From Gonapodya sp. JEL0774 (Eukaryota): a DNA stretch of 64,000 bases. The DNA is taken from NCBI GenBank assembly GCA_027604505.1, contig JADIIX010000074.1:1-64000 (forward strand), given 5' to 3'. The notes under the pieces are model-generated. The model ran no database searches, had not been told where the DNA came from, and saw only the letters and a program-made list of their open reading frames with translations. A program made the translations under genes and the position numbers. This document shows positions 26,301-40,073 of the stretch, piece by piece. Within the stretch, counting starts at the first letter, position 1, and each line of letters begins with the position of its first letter.

Positions 26301-27598
26301 AAGAAGCTGGATTAGACAAGAATGTCAACACAATATCGGCATTAAACATTCTCTTGAAGTTGCGACAAAGTGAGTAATCTCTCGTGCATTGAATGTCACC
26401 CTCTCCTTTACGATTATGGACACGTTTCCCAGTATGCAATCATATGAAGCTCATCGGTGCCACTGACCTTGATACCATTGAAAGAGAGAATGAAGATGAT
26501 ACTGACGAGATGGACGATCTTGCCGCTGCGTTAAACAATATGAGCGTTGGCACCAAATGCAAATTCTGCTTTGACCCGTGAGTACCAGAAAAGATGTGGC
26601 ATGTGGCAGTCTGTTGAACAAGGAACAACAACTATGATGTTCTCAAACTGCTCTCCGAAGTCTCCCTCTGGGTGAAAATAGCCCATGTGCACGCTGTAGA
26701 AGCGTCCTCGTAAAATCTAACGGCAGCAACAACAAAGAAGACGCCAGAGAAACCACTCCGCGGAGCAGCGCCAAAGTTAACAAGGTCATTGAGATCATCA
26801 ATGACATCCGCCGAGCGAACCCAAGGGCTAAGACTATAGTATTCTCTCAATTTGTTAAGTAAGTCCGCGAAGACTCCCCGTGAAGACTCCGAACCTTTTT
26901 GTGGTTCTCAAATGTGTCGGGTAGGATGATTGACTTGTTGGAAGACCCGTTGAGGGCGAATGGGACGAATTTTCTCCGCTGTGAGCAAGATTGCAAAACC
27001 TCTCTTCCCGTCCTTACCATAAATAATTCCTGTTCCATAGACCAAGGTTCAATGAATGAAAAGAACCGATCGGAGGTTTTGAACAAGTTCAAAACAGATT
27101 CCCGCTGTACTGTCCTCTTGGCATCTCTAAAGTGTGCAAGCCTAGGACTCAACCTCACAGTTGCAAGCAACGTTATTCTTTTCGATCCTTGGTGGAACCC
27201 TGCGGTGAGTCATGTTGGTTTATGATCCCCTTCTCAGAGGTTGATCATGTGACATGTTTAGGTAGAGAACCAAGCGAGTGAGTCACAGAGTCTGAACACT
27301 AATATCTCGCTACGAGTAGACAGTTTATTTTTCATCCAATTTAGTGGATCGATCTCATCGGCTCGGTCAAACCAAGCCCGTCAACGTGTACAAGATCACC
27401 ATACGAGATACTGTGGAGGACCGCATATTGGAGATGCAAGCCCGGAAAGCCGCACTGGCAGATGGTGCTCTCGGAGAAGGCGAATACAATAACAAGAGCA
27501 AGGCAAAGTTGACTCTCGAGGAGATTGCATATATATTCTCCGTGGACGGAGTAATGGACGACGATCCTTCTCGGGGCAAGGGAAAGAGGAAAATCTGA
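23324..27598 (+). CDS. SNF2-family (Rad5/Rad16/Ris1/TTF2-like) ATP-dependent DNA translocase
   Basis: LLPHQ..GVQWM, GGILADDMGLGKT (needs the 2-nt microexon), [54 protein letters not shown]. Confidence 0.92.
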
Positions 27599-27719
27599 AA
27601 TTTTATAGGGCGCACCAAGCAAATGATTCTGGTGTCCCGATATAAATGTATTTTGATAGATGCTGATTATGTGTACTTTCTTGATGGTGGTGAGAAACAG
27701 AACCAGGTGACAGAGGAAG

Positions 27720-29677
27720 ATGCCACGAATACCCACTACTTTTATCAAGGCGCTAGAGTTCTTCTGCGGAATCGGCGGCTTGCATTACAGCTTTGAGTTT
27801 TCGAGGGTACCAGGAGAAGTTCTCGCTGGTGCGAGTGAATCTCCCCGTTTTTCTCTCCAACCATCTCCAACCACCAAACACACCCAGCTTTTGACATCTC
27901 TCCTCAGACGAATGAATGGTGTGTGATTTTGCTTGGAGGCCGCGCATCTTCTCCTGGCATCCTAACGTTGCGACGACTGTCGGCAACTGAGCAGCTATGA
28001 GTTCAACTTCGGGATTGAGCCAATTCAAGTGGGAATCGATCATCTCACGGTGGAAGCGATTGAAAAGTACGAAGCGAATGCATGGTTTTTGAGCCCTCCA
28101 TGTCAACCCTACGTCCGTGGTGAGCCTTTTGATTGAATATTCTCCAACTTCTTTCCGCCCGTATTGTCTAAACTTCGTTGCACCAAGGTGGAAAGCACCG
28201 AGATGACCAGGATCCTCGCGCTCGTGGTCTCATCAATCTCATAGATATCTTACCGAAGCTACGGGACCCACCATCCTTCCTCTTCCTGGAGAATGTGTTC
28301 ATGTTCGAGCAAAGCAAGTCGCGGGCACTCCTTGTGGACGCACTCGACCTCATGGGTTATGATGTGGCGGAATTTATGGTGTCATCTATGCAGTTTGGAG
28401 TTCCCAACGATCGGCAAAGATACTACCTGATTGTGAGTCCGAGTTTCTTCCCCTATAAAGGCACCTTCCTTCAGCTCAGCTCTTACCGAACAGGCCAGAC
28501 TGCCTGCGGATGGTACTCGGTGTCCGCGTCCGCGTGGTGGTGTGCCTTACCTTGAAAATTTTCGACTGTTTACGTCCTGGCCCCCACCTCCTGCACCACA
28601 AAACATCCCTGCAACTCACTTTCGACAGAAAGAGTCGATTCAAGTGACTCCTGTGCCGGAGGGAGAGCCAACTGGTGATGAGGTAGTGCAATCAACACGT
28701 AATGCAGACATCACATTGAAGGACGACCACGTTGCCCTGGAGAATAGTGCACCCGGACGGATGTTTTGTGCGCTTAAACTCGGCGAGTTTGACTTAACGG
28801 GTATCCCGCTCATCAAAAGCTATCTAGAAACGATGGAAATGTCAGAAACTGGTGATCCGTATATCGTCCCACCTGCTTATTTGCTCAAGAGACAAGGCTT
28901 CAGGTTCGGTGGGTGAACGAGGATATCACATCCTTGCTGCTTTTAATCTGAAGCTCTGATCTCACAGATATCGTTAGACCAGAAGATCGGAAGTGCAGTG
29001 CCTTCACAAAGGCGTATGGAACGAACTATGTAGTCGGAACGGGCGCATACTTGCAGACATCTGGATTTGGGGTAATGTGGAATTTATGATTTCTGAGTTT
29101 TGCAAGTTTCAATGAACAGATTCTGCATTGGCAGGCGGAAGTTGATTGGTCCCGTCCAGAAACCCTTCTCCCTCTTCGCCTTCGTTACTTCACCCCGACA
29201 GAAATCGCTCGGTTGCACCAGTTTCCTATCGACACGAGCGTTGCTCATTATCCTGCTGATGCTGATGCCTACGTGCCGTGGACTGATGAATGCTGGAAAC
29301 GAGCACGTGTGCAGAAGGACGCAATATTTCGAGAGAAACTCACGGGCAAATCTGCCAATATCCAGCAGAGAAAGAAGTTGAAAAGGACTCATTTGAAGCC
29401 AGATGGATCTCACTCAGATGCGCTTGCTGATGGTGGAAGTCCCAGTTCTGGGGAAGTTGAGGGAATGACTGAGTCCCGCGGTTGCGAACCCGCTCCCCGT
29501 CCTCTGTTCGAGAACGGCCGTGCACCTTTGCATAGGTTCGCCTTTCCGCCCACGGTAACGTTGAAGCATAGGTGGCGCGCTTTGGGCAATAGTCTGAGTG
29601 TTGTGACGGTTGGGACCCTCATGAGGGATGTGCTTTTTGACTTGGATGAAAACAGGTTCTTTGCAACTTCCCATTAG
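27720..29677 (+). CDS. DNMT2: DNMT2/TRDMT1 tRNA (cytosine-5) methyltransferase
   Basis: LEFFCGIGGLH, SPPCQPY, FLENV, QFGVPNDRQRYYLI, AFTKAYG, LRYFTPTEIARLH.FP, LGNSL. Confidence 0.92.
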
Positions 29678-29836
29678 GATCGCTCTTAATTATTATTTTG
29701 TGTAAATGCGCATGTGCTGGGTACTCGGGAATCACTGTATGATACACACGTGGGGGAAAAGGGCAAAGATGGTCCCCCCGGCCACAGATGTACACCTCCG
29801 ACAGGACCGAGTGGAGCGTCTGGCAACCACACGACC

Positions 29837-31338
29837 ATGCCGGACGTGGAGAAGTACGCCAAACAGGATAAGCTCGGTGAAGGAACTTACGCAACAGTGT
29901 TTAGGGTGAGTCGTCCTTTCAGCTGATGTCGCGTACTGGACACACTCAAATGTCGCGTACTTGTCTCGGGCTTGTTCTTTTGTTACATCTGCCACGATTG
30001 GACACTTCGCATCGTCTAACACTTGGCAAATTGCTCATGCCGTCCCTATTCCGTCTGTAATCATACTAGGGCAAGAACCGTCTAACCGGTGATGTCGTTG
30101 CACTCAAAGAGATTCACCTCGACTCGGAGGAGGGTGCTCCTTCCACAGCAATTCGAGAAATCTCATTGATGAAGGAGCTTCGTCACCCAAATATTGTGCG
30201 CCTCTACGACGTCATTCACTCTGAGCGGACCCTTACTCTTGTGTTCGAGTACATGGACCAGGACCTCAAGAAGTATATGGATACGCACGGGAATGGTGGC
30301 GCTCTTGATCCCTTTCTATGCAAGCACTTCCTTTATCAAATCCTCAAAGGGATTGCTTTCTGCCATGAGAATCGGGTGCTCCACCGTGATCTCAAACCCC
30401 AAAATCTTCTCATCAACGGTCATGGAGAGTTGAAACTCGCCGATTTTGGACTGGCTAGAGCTTTTGGTATCCCCGTGAATACTTTTTCGAACGAAGTTGT
30501 GACCCTCTGGTATCGGTGAGTGCCCTGAGTCGTGTGTATTGAAATATGGTGGGAATTTAGGAGCAAACCGTCACTTAATCTCAGCGCTCCCGATGTTCTG
30601 CTTGGTTCTCGTAATTACTCCACCTCTATTGATATGTGGTCAGTCGGCTGCATTATGGCGGAGATGTACTCAGGGAAGCCCATGTTTCCAGGGAAAACAA
30701 ACGAAGACCAGCTCAACAAGATCTTCAAATTACTCGGTACCCCTAACGACAATACATGGCCGCGCGTCTCCGAATACCCCGAATTCAAAAAGAACTTCCC
30801 TTTCTATTCACCTCAACCTCTCACCGCAAAACTCCCCATGATCGATCCGACTGGCATGGACTTGTTGCAAAGCTTACTCCAGTACCAACCCCACCGCCGC
30901 ATTTCCGCAAAAGATGCCATGAATCACCCGTACTTTACAGATCTGAATCAGGCTTCGGCATTGCAGCGCAGTCTGTTTAGCATGGGAGCAGGCCCGGGAG
31001 GACATCTGACTTGCGCACAGGCAATGGCGAGCTTAGGCCTTCAGTCTGTAGCAGGCTACGTTGCAAATCCGCCTGGATACCCGCCTGGAGCTCCGCAGAT
31101 GACCATGGGTCAAGCTCCCTTGGCGATTGGGATGCCCATGCAGGGTGCGGTCATGATGCCACCTGGTGCGGTCAATATGAACATTGTTGGTGGAGCTTAT
31201 AGTGCCGTGCCTGTTGTTGCCGGACCGAGCATTTCGGCCTATCAACACCAGCACCAACCGCAGATTGGACAGCCCGCTTATACGAACGCGCAACAACCAC
31301 AGCCGCCGCCGTACCAATATTACTACTCAGTGCAATGA
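29837..31338 (+). CDS. PHO85: Cyclin-dependent kinase Pho85 with P/Q/M-rich tail
   Basis: [64 protein letters not shown]. Confidence 0.95.
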
Positions 31339-31423
31339 TGTTATCTTTGTGATTAATTTGGTAGAACTTCACTAAATGATTTATGCATGAAGAGCAACAC
31401 GATTTGCTTATTGATGAAAGTGA

Positions 31424-34400
31424 TCATGAGGTAGCCCTTCGTATCATTGATGCGGGCATCTCTGGCACCGTAAGTCTTCGGAATGTTTCGAAAGCACCAG
31501 ACAAGCTCTCGAGTAGGACCTCCACATCTCGAGCAGACTTGACGTAAAAGTGGGCATCAGTTGAACGTTTAGTACTTCCAGCCCTCACGGTAAAGCACTT
31601 TGATCTGTCGGGATCCCAAATGGGCCTTTGGTTGTTTTTGATTTGCTTGTGTGAGGTGGAGCGCTTCAGAGCGCTGACCTCCCCCTCCGCAAGTTTTGTT
31701 CGCGGGATACGCGTCGGCGACGGAGGAATATCGACACTTGCTCCCGTTTGAACAATCGCTGGAAGTGAGCTTGCAGGATCTCTAAGAAAGGCGAATATTG
31801 GCTCGTCAGTTCTGTCGTATGTAGAAAGTGGTACACTGTCAGACTTGAAAACCACCAGCTGTCCGCCGACCAAGTCTACACACCGATCGTAGTCATCCCC
31901 TCCACCACCTCCACATAAGATGAAGTCGAAGACCGGAGGCTTTTGTACGTTCGTGGTGGGTTTGGCAACTCCATCCAACGAAGAGAGAAATTGGTAAAGA
32001 TCTTTCAAGATGCTCCTTGCTGCCGAACCTTTGTCGACAGCAGACGGATGTATCTCGATCCGACGATTTCCTTGTTCGGATGAGAGATTATTTGGGCACT
32101 GAAACTCGCTCAAAGACATGGTGCGTGCTCACCAGTGTATATCGTCAGAGGTAAACTTAGTAACGTTTGTAATTGGGTGCATGGAGATCACACGGAGGAG
32201 CAAGCGTGACGGAGTAAATTAAGGATGATAATGCAAACTTCTGGATAAAAACACGTACCTTGAAAGCGCTTTCTCCATATGACTCAACAGTTCGCCAGCT
32301 TGCCACGACCCGAGAGTTGGGTCGGCACGACCGTAAACAAAAGCCATGTCAATCTGATAGAAAAGGTCGATTTCCTCGAGTTGATTTAATTCCATGTGAA
32401 TTGAGAACAACGCTAACCTCTTTATCCTCAACAAACGCGCCAGGGGTCCTTTCTGCATAGGCATCAAAGACGGGTCGGACGTCATCTTAAACGGCAAGTC
32501 AAACTCGATTTAAAACCACCTCCAGATGCACTGTAGACCTGCACTAACCATGCCAGTGAAGATCGACATGCTCCGCGAGTGTGATCCACTCACTCTCGCC
32601 GCTGTTTGCAATCGACGGAATAACCTTTGCGTGTGCGTCCATCTGTTGATCATCGACACTCTTTATTACGCTCGAGAACTCTGCAGGGTGTCGATAGAAG
32701 CAGCCTGCCGGGCGACATATTACTTAGAAGTGCAGGCCGCAACATTTGGAAAACATACCGTGTTCTGCAACCAGACCTACGCCAGTTGTCTGTTTAAAAA
32801 ATACTGATTAAAATCCACGAGGACCGAATCATTCAACGAATTCACCCCAAACCAGTCATGTAACTTTTGTCTGCTCCTCCCAGAGAATATGTAAACATAA
32901 GTATCCTGCAGGGAAATACAACACTGAACAACTGAAGTGGGCACAATACTAGTACGGCAAACAGTACCGGGCGTCCAGATAACCGTTCCAGGAGTTTTAA
33001 CGTTTTCACTGATGGGCGGGTGGAGTCTGATAGGGCGCTGAGAGTCTGAGCCGATGGAGCTCCCAAAATCAAATCCATCTCAAGGAAAATGACCCTTGCA
33101 TTAGCAGAGAAAATGAACCGGCTCGCCACCTCTCTGATATTCAAACGCTGGCTGTTCACTACCGTGGAATACTCGGCTGCAATTCTCTAATGACAAGAGA
33201 TATTATATGCCCCCGTTTCCATGGAGCAAACAAACAATTGCGAGCAAACACCTACCTTCAACTCGTTGATGAAACTGGTGCCCCAGAACGCGGCAGTGTA
33301 CTTGTTTACATAGCGGAGCATCTGGCGGTGCCTCACTCTACGCTCGTAGTCTGGAACCTCGAGAGCTTCTTTAATTGCCTCTGAAAGATCTTTTGTACTC
33401 CAGGGGTTGACAATAATGGCGCCATTAAGAGACTGCGCGGCGCTGTCAACATGTATAGTTCCTCAGCGTTGTTTGGTGCTTCTACGTCCATGTAAGCAAA
33501 CTTACCCAGTAAACTCTGAAAGTATCAGGACACCGGCTTTTGCAACCTGTGATGCAACGTATTCAAAAGAAACCAGGTTCAGACCGTCACTACGCGCAGA
33601 TACAGTGTATGAATGACGAGTTTGTTTTGCAAGAATGCCCGCTCCCTACCGTGTTGATGTTATGAGGCACACGTCGGAGACGGCGTAAAGAGAGACAAGC
33701 TCGGCAAATTCAACTGAGCGATGCATGAAATGAATTGGTTGATATGTAACAGTTCCTAAATGCACATGCCCACATATGCGTGCGAATTTGATGAGAAGCA
33801 CGTCGTGATCTTGTTCTATTAAAACTAACCAAATTTTCCATTGACCCGTCCAACGAGTTCATTGACTTTGCTTTGTAAAGTTGCATACTGAAGCAAGCCG
33901 AAGAATTGCCCGAACATTAAAGGAATCAGAGCAAAACTGTCTTGTAAGTACCCGTGTTTACCTCTTCGACATCCTGTCGGCTCGGAACTGCAACCTGAAC
34001 AAGCACAACTTTCTCTCTCCATTCAGGATGTCTTTCTAAAAATAGTTCGAACGCTTCGAATTTTTTCGGAACTCCTGCAATAATTGAGTAAGGGCTTGCG
34101 AGCGCACAGCATTGCACGGCCTACCTTTTATATAGTCCAAGCGATCGACACCAACGATCACCTTTAAGCCCTTGAATTGAGATGATAGTTCCTCGATCCT
34201 CATCTTGGTTGACTCCTGCTGCAGCTGATGCTCGAACCTAATGGCGGGAAGTTCTGCGATCCGCGAGGTCATATCTAATGCAAATGTGTAACATACTTTT
34301 CAGGATCTATTCCAATCGGAAACGTTCCAACCTAAATTGAACTTTGTTTTAACTTTTGGTGGAGCCATTGTAAGTGATTTCTGACTCACGCGAACCAGTC

Positions 34401-35924
34401 GCCCTTCAAATACCACCCCATTTGGCTGGGCGTGCAACCCGAGAACCCGTGTACACGCAGACAAAAAGTGCCGCGCGTAGTCGTAAGTGTGGAATCCAAG
34501 CAGATCAGATCTTTGAGGAAGCATATCCATGAGCCGAGAAATACAAAAGTTTTGTTGATTACCAAATCTTACTGAAGGACTCCGAGAAGTATCTCACGTC
34601 GAACGGGCAGGACACTGAAACTAATCTTGGGACAATGAAGATATAAAATGCAGTGATTTACACGCACCGATAAATCTCACTGGATGGAAACGGCGTATGG
34701 CAGAACCAGGAAACGGAAATCGATGGTCCTCCCCCGATGAGGCCGGTCGGCTCAGGGTTATCACTGGCTGATATCGCTGATGGATTGAAATCAGAAATAC
34801 TATCGGCAGTTTCTACAAGCATGGTGTCGAGTTTCTTGCGAAGGAGATGAGGTACAAGCATCCTGTTTGACTTGTCAGTTATATGGCAACATCAGTCTCG
34901 AGAAATGGGAACTACACACAAGTGATAATCGTGGCACTAAAAAAGAATGTTGTTATAACTTTCGAATACGGACGATAATTCATCATAGAGCACACCCAAA
35001 CAAAGTCTCCGTCCCGAACGATCCCGGCAATAACCCGCGCAAACTCATCATTCGCTCTGGACAGGCATGGACAAGAATGAGTCGGTTTCTTCTGCCATTA
35101 CGCTGAAGTCCTCTCACTTTTGGTAGCCTTCCCATGCGCTCTCATCGAACAACATCTCTCCCGGTTGATAGTGGAAAAGCGGCCAAAGAATTGAGTTGGA
35201 GAATCTGACGGCAACGAGTCAAAAAAGGGCAGACAGTTTGAACCATGTGCGCACATACCCATTGTAGTGCTGCTCCGATATGTCATCTGTTAAGTACACC
35301 GGGATCGCATTAAACCTCTCGGCCAAGTCCCTTGAGACCGCATCTGCTCGTAAGAAGGAATGAATATGAAATGCATTGGGTGTCTAAACGCCGGAAGAGG
35401 ACGCATGGTCCAGAGGTCGGACCTGCATCATTTCCAGAGAGCTCCAGTCCAGGCCAGCCAATCCAAACAAAGTCAAGCTCCTTCTTGAGGCCACTCAAGG
35501 CTGTAGAGAAGAATGATGTTAATGTGCACAGAAAAGTGGCGTGCTCACGAATCCCAATGAAAAAATACCTACCAGACACCAATCCACCCGAGCTCATGTG
35601 GTAGGACCATTCACCAGATTCAGTCTTTTTGATCGTTATCTATGAATGTTGAAAGGTGATACAGAACCCCACCAATAGTTTTGAAGTGCGACAAAGCTGC
35701 CAAACCTTACCGGAAGTCTTCAGAGAACCGTTAAATACAATTCAATCACTTTCAAACGACCAAACTGGAGCGCACCTGTTTGAAACAACAATGACTCTTC
35801 CTTCACGAGGTATCGTTGTGGCTACGGGAGGAGCTTCAACTTGCAAAGTCGGGATAACAGGTTGCTGTTCTGTCTGATCCCAAGTCGCCGAAGATTCAAT
35901 GTTTGCCGATTCTCCCAGCATCAT
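31424..35924 (-). CDS. Trehalose-6-phosphate synthase (GT20) with C-terminal TPP-like domain
   Basis: VVSNRLP (needs the 7-nt microexon), SSGGLVS, WIGWPG, HDYHLM, HTPFPSSEIYR, GFHTYDYARHF, DRLDYIKG, VAVPSR, DGLNLV; downstream SGR, AEHG and IEIHPSAVDKG motifs of the HAD/TPP fold. Confidence 0.92.
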
Positions 35925-36079
35925 CCTTTGAATCCTCGGCTGTACTTTTGGGAATCACTTATGAGGTTTCACAAAAAAAAAGGAGGATGACGTCACCTTG
36001 GAGTCAGAGGTTCCGCGAAATAAATAATTATTTTATGTAATCAATCATATCATGTAAATTTCTTTCTACAAGTCAGTAA

Positions 36080-38844
36080 CTAAATATTTGCAACTGCTGG
36101 CCAGGCATCTTGGACTAAGTCCAATTCAGCCTCTTCTGTAGGGGAAATAATGTGAGCTCGGACGGGTGCAGCGAGAGCTTCTCTATCACCAGAAACAACT
36201 CGGTGCAATTTCCCCCCAAACTGGTAGAGAACAAGAAGCTGCTTAGCATGACCAGGCGAAGGATCATAGAAGCCAAGTATAGCAGACTGCGTGAATGGGG
36301 AGAAATACTCGGTTGTTTGTATTATTGAGTGAACATTGAAGTCAGGCAAACAAACCTTAGGGTGGCCACCACTGACGTGCAGCTGATGGTTGGTGACTAG
36401 TGACATTATTGCTACTGTCACATCCAGCACTTCCGTATCTTCCTCGGTTTGGTCCACGGAATCTAAGAGTCCCCCCGTTCCAGTCCCAGTACCAACAGCA
36501 ATGTTTGCTCCAACGGGTTTCCTCCCCGGTATTTTCCCAGTCATCCAAGACCCAACCCGGGATGACTCACCCTTGAATACCCCTACCACTCGCGTCAAAA
36601 CATTAAACTCATCTTCACGTTCTAAGCGCCCATAAAGAGCTTTGATGATGACAAGTCCGTTCCTGGAACGTTCTAACTCTACTTTCCTAGCCACTGTTTC
36701 ACGCATCAACCGCTGTGCTTCAAGTGCAGAGGTCTTTCGTTCTTCAAATACGGATGCGTTTTGAACACGAAGGTTGTGGAGTTTTCTGTGTCAAACGATG
36801 TGTTTTCTGTATGTGCGGGTCTGGTAGATTCGGAGTCTTCCCCCAACTCACAATTCGATGCGATTCTTTCTCCTCGGTTCCACCCAGAACCGTTCCACAC
36901 ACCACATCAATCCCAAAGGTACCGCGAGGGAAGCCAATGCTAAATCAAGATCCCAATCCCTGCTAACCACAATAGGGAGAGTGACTCGCTGTCCCAGACG
37001 AGACCACCTAAACCGGACGGATACACCGTTTCCCGATAAATCGAGGCCAATGCCGATGCGGGAGTATTTTGTGGTTTTCCTCGTGGTCGAAACACTGATT
37101 ACAACGCCACTCGAAGTTGACAGAACCGCGGAGACCCGAATTCGAAGACTCGGAGAGGTGGAGAGAAAAGGAAGTCCTACCGATCGAGAGTAAGCAACGC
37201 TTACATGACTTTCTGTAAGTCCTGCCTGTGATGGGTTGAGTGTGATTGTTGTGCCACAACAGAATGACTCCGAGACGTACCGACAGATCAGCATCCCATT
37301 GACCGTTGCCTATTCGGCCCATCGTCCCGAGTGAAATTCCACTTAGTTCACGAATGTTTGCGTCTGCTCCCCATTGGCCAATGACGATATCACCGGTGCG
37401 GAACGTGAGAAACCCTGTAACAGAGGAAAAAAGTTGACGACCAGCCACGAAAATGAATGCTGGGGGCCGAGACAGCGTGTTTGTGGTGGCTTGGATGGTG
37501 GTGAATCTGCACACGCAGATGCGAGGTGAATGTAAAAATGATATGCTCACAAGGGTTCACCAGGAACCCACGCCCCACCCGACCATGAGCGAACCCATTT
37601 GATCATAGCAACTGTATTGACGCCGGTTACCACAGTAGTTTCAACCGCGCCGTGGCCACCGTCAAGGACATGCTTGACTGTTCCAGCTATCGATCCTGAC
37701 CCAAGACCTCTGCGCGTCATCGCAGTCCCTGCAACAGTGAAGTCCGTCGACGGAGACCATTTGGTATCCCAAGAATGCCGAACAAAGGACTGTTGGAAGA
37801 GCAAAAGACTTGGTACAGAGGTGACAAGCGTGTAGAGGCCAATAACGTGATCTTTTAATTGAGGTTGCTGAGTGAGCGAGGGTGATAGAGGAGAAGCAGG
37901 AGGGGCATAGTGTGGCTGGCCAGGGAATGGCACACCAGCAAACGTTCGGCTTGGTGCTGGCTTGATTTCTGCATGTAGAGCGATTGGACTGCGTCCAGTG
38001 GCCCCCTGTCGAGGAATCTCGCCCTGAGTCGCATCCACAGCTCTTGAGAGACGTCCTTGCCTCACGTCTTTGTCAAAAAGCGCTGTTGCATCCAATGTGA
38101 TTGAAATGTCCCCTTTGGATCGAACGAGCTGCGCAACGTCCATTTCCGCCTTCTCCCGCATTACACGCTCATACTCCTCCCGAATCTCTTCCGGTGTCTT
38201 AAACCGCATCCCAACATCCCGTCTGTGTGACGATTGAGAACTGGAAGACTTCAGTCCGTTTGTAAGACCAGATTCTCCATACAGATCGTAGGCAGCACGT
38301 TTCACGGGATCGCTCAAAACTTCGAAGTGAAAATCGAAGACCATCAGTGTCCTACAGGTTCCCAATACTGTTTTTCGAGTCGTACCATCATACGCTTTCT
38401 GAATCGTCTGGAATTTTCCCTGTGCAGCTTCCTTCGCAGCACTCTCAAAATGCTTATCGGGGTGAAATATCATACTGAGGCGCCTGTACTCATCCTTCAC
38501 TTGCTGGTCAGATGCCTGCGAATAAAAATTGGAGGACTCATCACTCATTGAGCCCTGGGAGACGAACGGCGATTTGAAAGTAAGACCTGACTCACATTCC
38601 TCTCTAAATTCAAGACGGCATAGTAATCAGGATTGGTGGAATTCATGCTCGCAATCTCCCTATCCAGCCGATCCTCCAAGCTGGCCTCGGTTTCGTCTTT
38701 TTCGGCTCCCTGGGCGGGAGGAAAGAGTGGTGGTGAAGATGAAGTACTACTTTCCACGGATGGGGATCCATCATATACTGTTGAGCTATACGGTTCATAT
38801 GATTGAAATAGCCGGGAATTTTCGTGCCGAGATGATGGATTCAT
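36080..38844 (-). CDS. DNAJC11: DnaJ homolog subfamily C member 11
   Basis: J domain (DYYAVLN, HPDK, VLSDPVKRAAYDLYG), KTPEEIREEYE, WSRLGQ, GLVIIKALYG, LGFYDPSPG..KQLLVLYQF. Confidence 0.9.
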
Positions 38845-39092
38845 ATTGTGAAGAGATTGTCGAATGGTCTTGTGGGTGGGAATCCGCGTGGACGAAACAA
38901 TTCTCGTGGTGAGTGTAAGTCAACCGGCAACGGCCGCTGCACCGTTGAAAAAGAGTCCGCCAAATCAGTCTGCCAAATCAGTATAATGTGTAATGTGTGA
39001 GTGAGGGGTTTGGAGTCCATGAAACTCAAAAAATTCCTGTATCAAATGTTATACACTATGCACAATGATATTTTGCGAGCTCGGCTCTTGTG

Positions 39093-39985
39093 CTACTTCT
39101 CCTCATCATCATTTTTTGGGAGTGGAGGCAAAGCATGCTGGGCAGGAACAAAGATTACGTGGTTCTTCGAATACGCCAACTTGGCCACTCCCGTCAAAGT
39201 TTTCTCGGAAGTGAAAGTACCAAAAAGACTATGGTCTTGGTAGACCAGCTCGCCTACAAAAGCCCACGTGGACTGACTGAGCCGAAATCACAAAAGACGA
39301 ACCCGTGAAACCCACCTTCTCCCTTAAACTCCCCCTTCTCCCACAGTCCTACACGCTTCACTCCATTTGTACCGTAAACATATGTGCCGTGACCATGCTT
39401 GACGTCCTCTGCCCAATCGCCAGTGTAGGAGTCCGAGTTCGCGTAAAGAAAGGTGCCTTTTCCTTGGCGGCGACCCCGCACAAACTCGCCTGTATGGTGC
39501 ACGTTGAACACATAAATTGGAACCGATTGTAAAGATGCTCCTTACCCTTGTATCGCGAACCGTCTGGATAGACGAAAGTGCCGAAGCCGTCTCGAGTATT
39601 TGCGACGTAATCTCCACTGTACACTGCACCATTCCTCCACTTATAAACGCCTTTCCCTTGTCTATCAGTTGACACAGGAAGAGACTCAGATGTTTGAGAA
39701 TGTTTCATCCACAACAATGCAAGCACTTCCATAACGCTCAACAGCACTTACTTCAGGCCGCTTACGTATTCTCCAGTGTACACATCTCCATTCGGGAATG
39801 TTGTCTTTCCTTTGCCGTGTCGCGCGCCGTTTGCATCACGCTCCCCTTCGTAGATCTTCCGCAAACATCCGGAAGAGCCCAAAGGATCAAAAATCCGACG
39901 CGAGCACCGATATCCCGTCATGAGACTCAAAGCCCACCGCGATTTTCGGTCCGCTTTCCTGCGGTTCATCTCCTTCATCCGCCAT
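39093..39985 (-). CDS. RSPH1: MORN-repeat protein, radial spoke head 1 (RSPH1)-like
   Basis: MADEG.. then [66 protein letters not shown]. Confidence 0.8.
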
Positions 39986-40073
39986 TTATCAATGTCTGGA
40001 GTGCAAAAGATCTGGGACTCATGATGAGCTTGGACCAAAGTCACAGATGAGGAGTAAAAATGATTCTTTACAT

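Noticed and set aside
27720..29677. DNA methyltransferase plus adjacent SNF2 as a DNMT5-like fusion or restriction-like system
   Set aside because: The two genes have separate stop and start codons, the order is reversed relative to DNMT5, and the methyltransferase has DNMT2-type motifs
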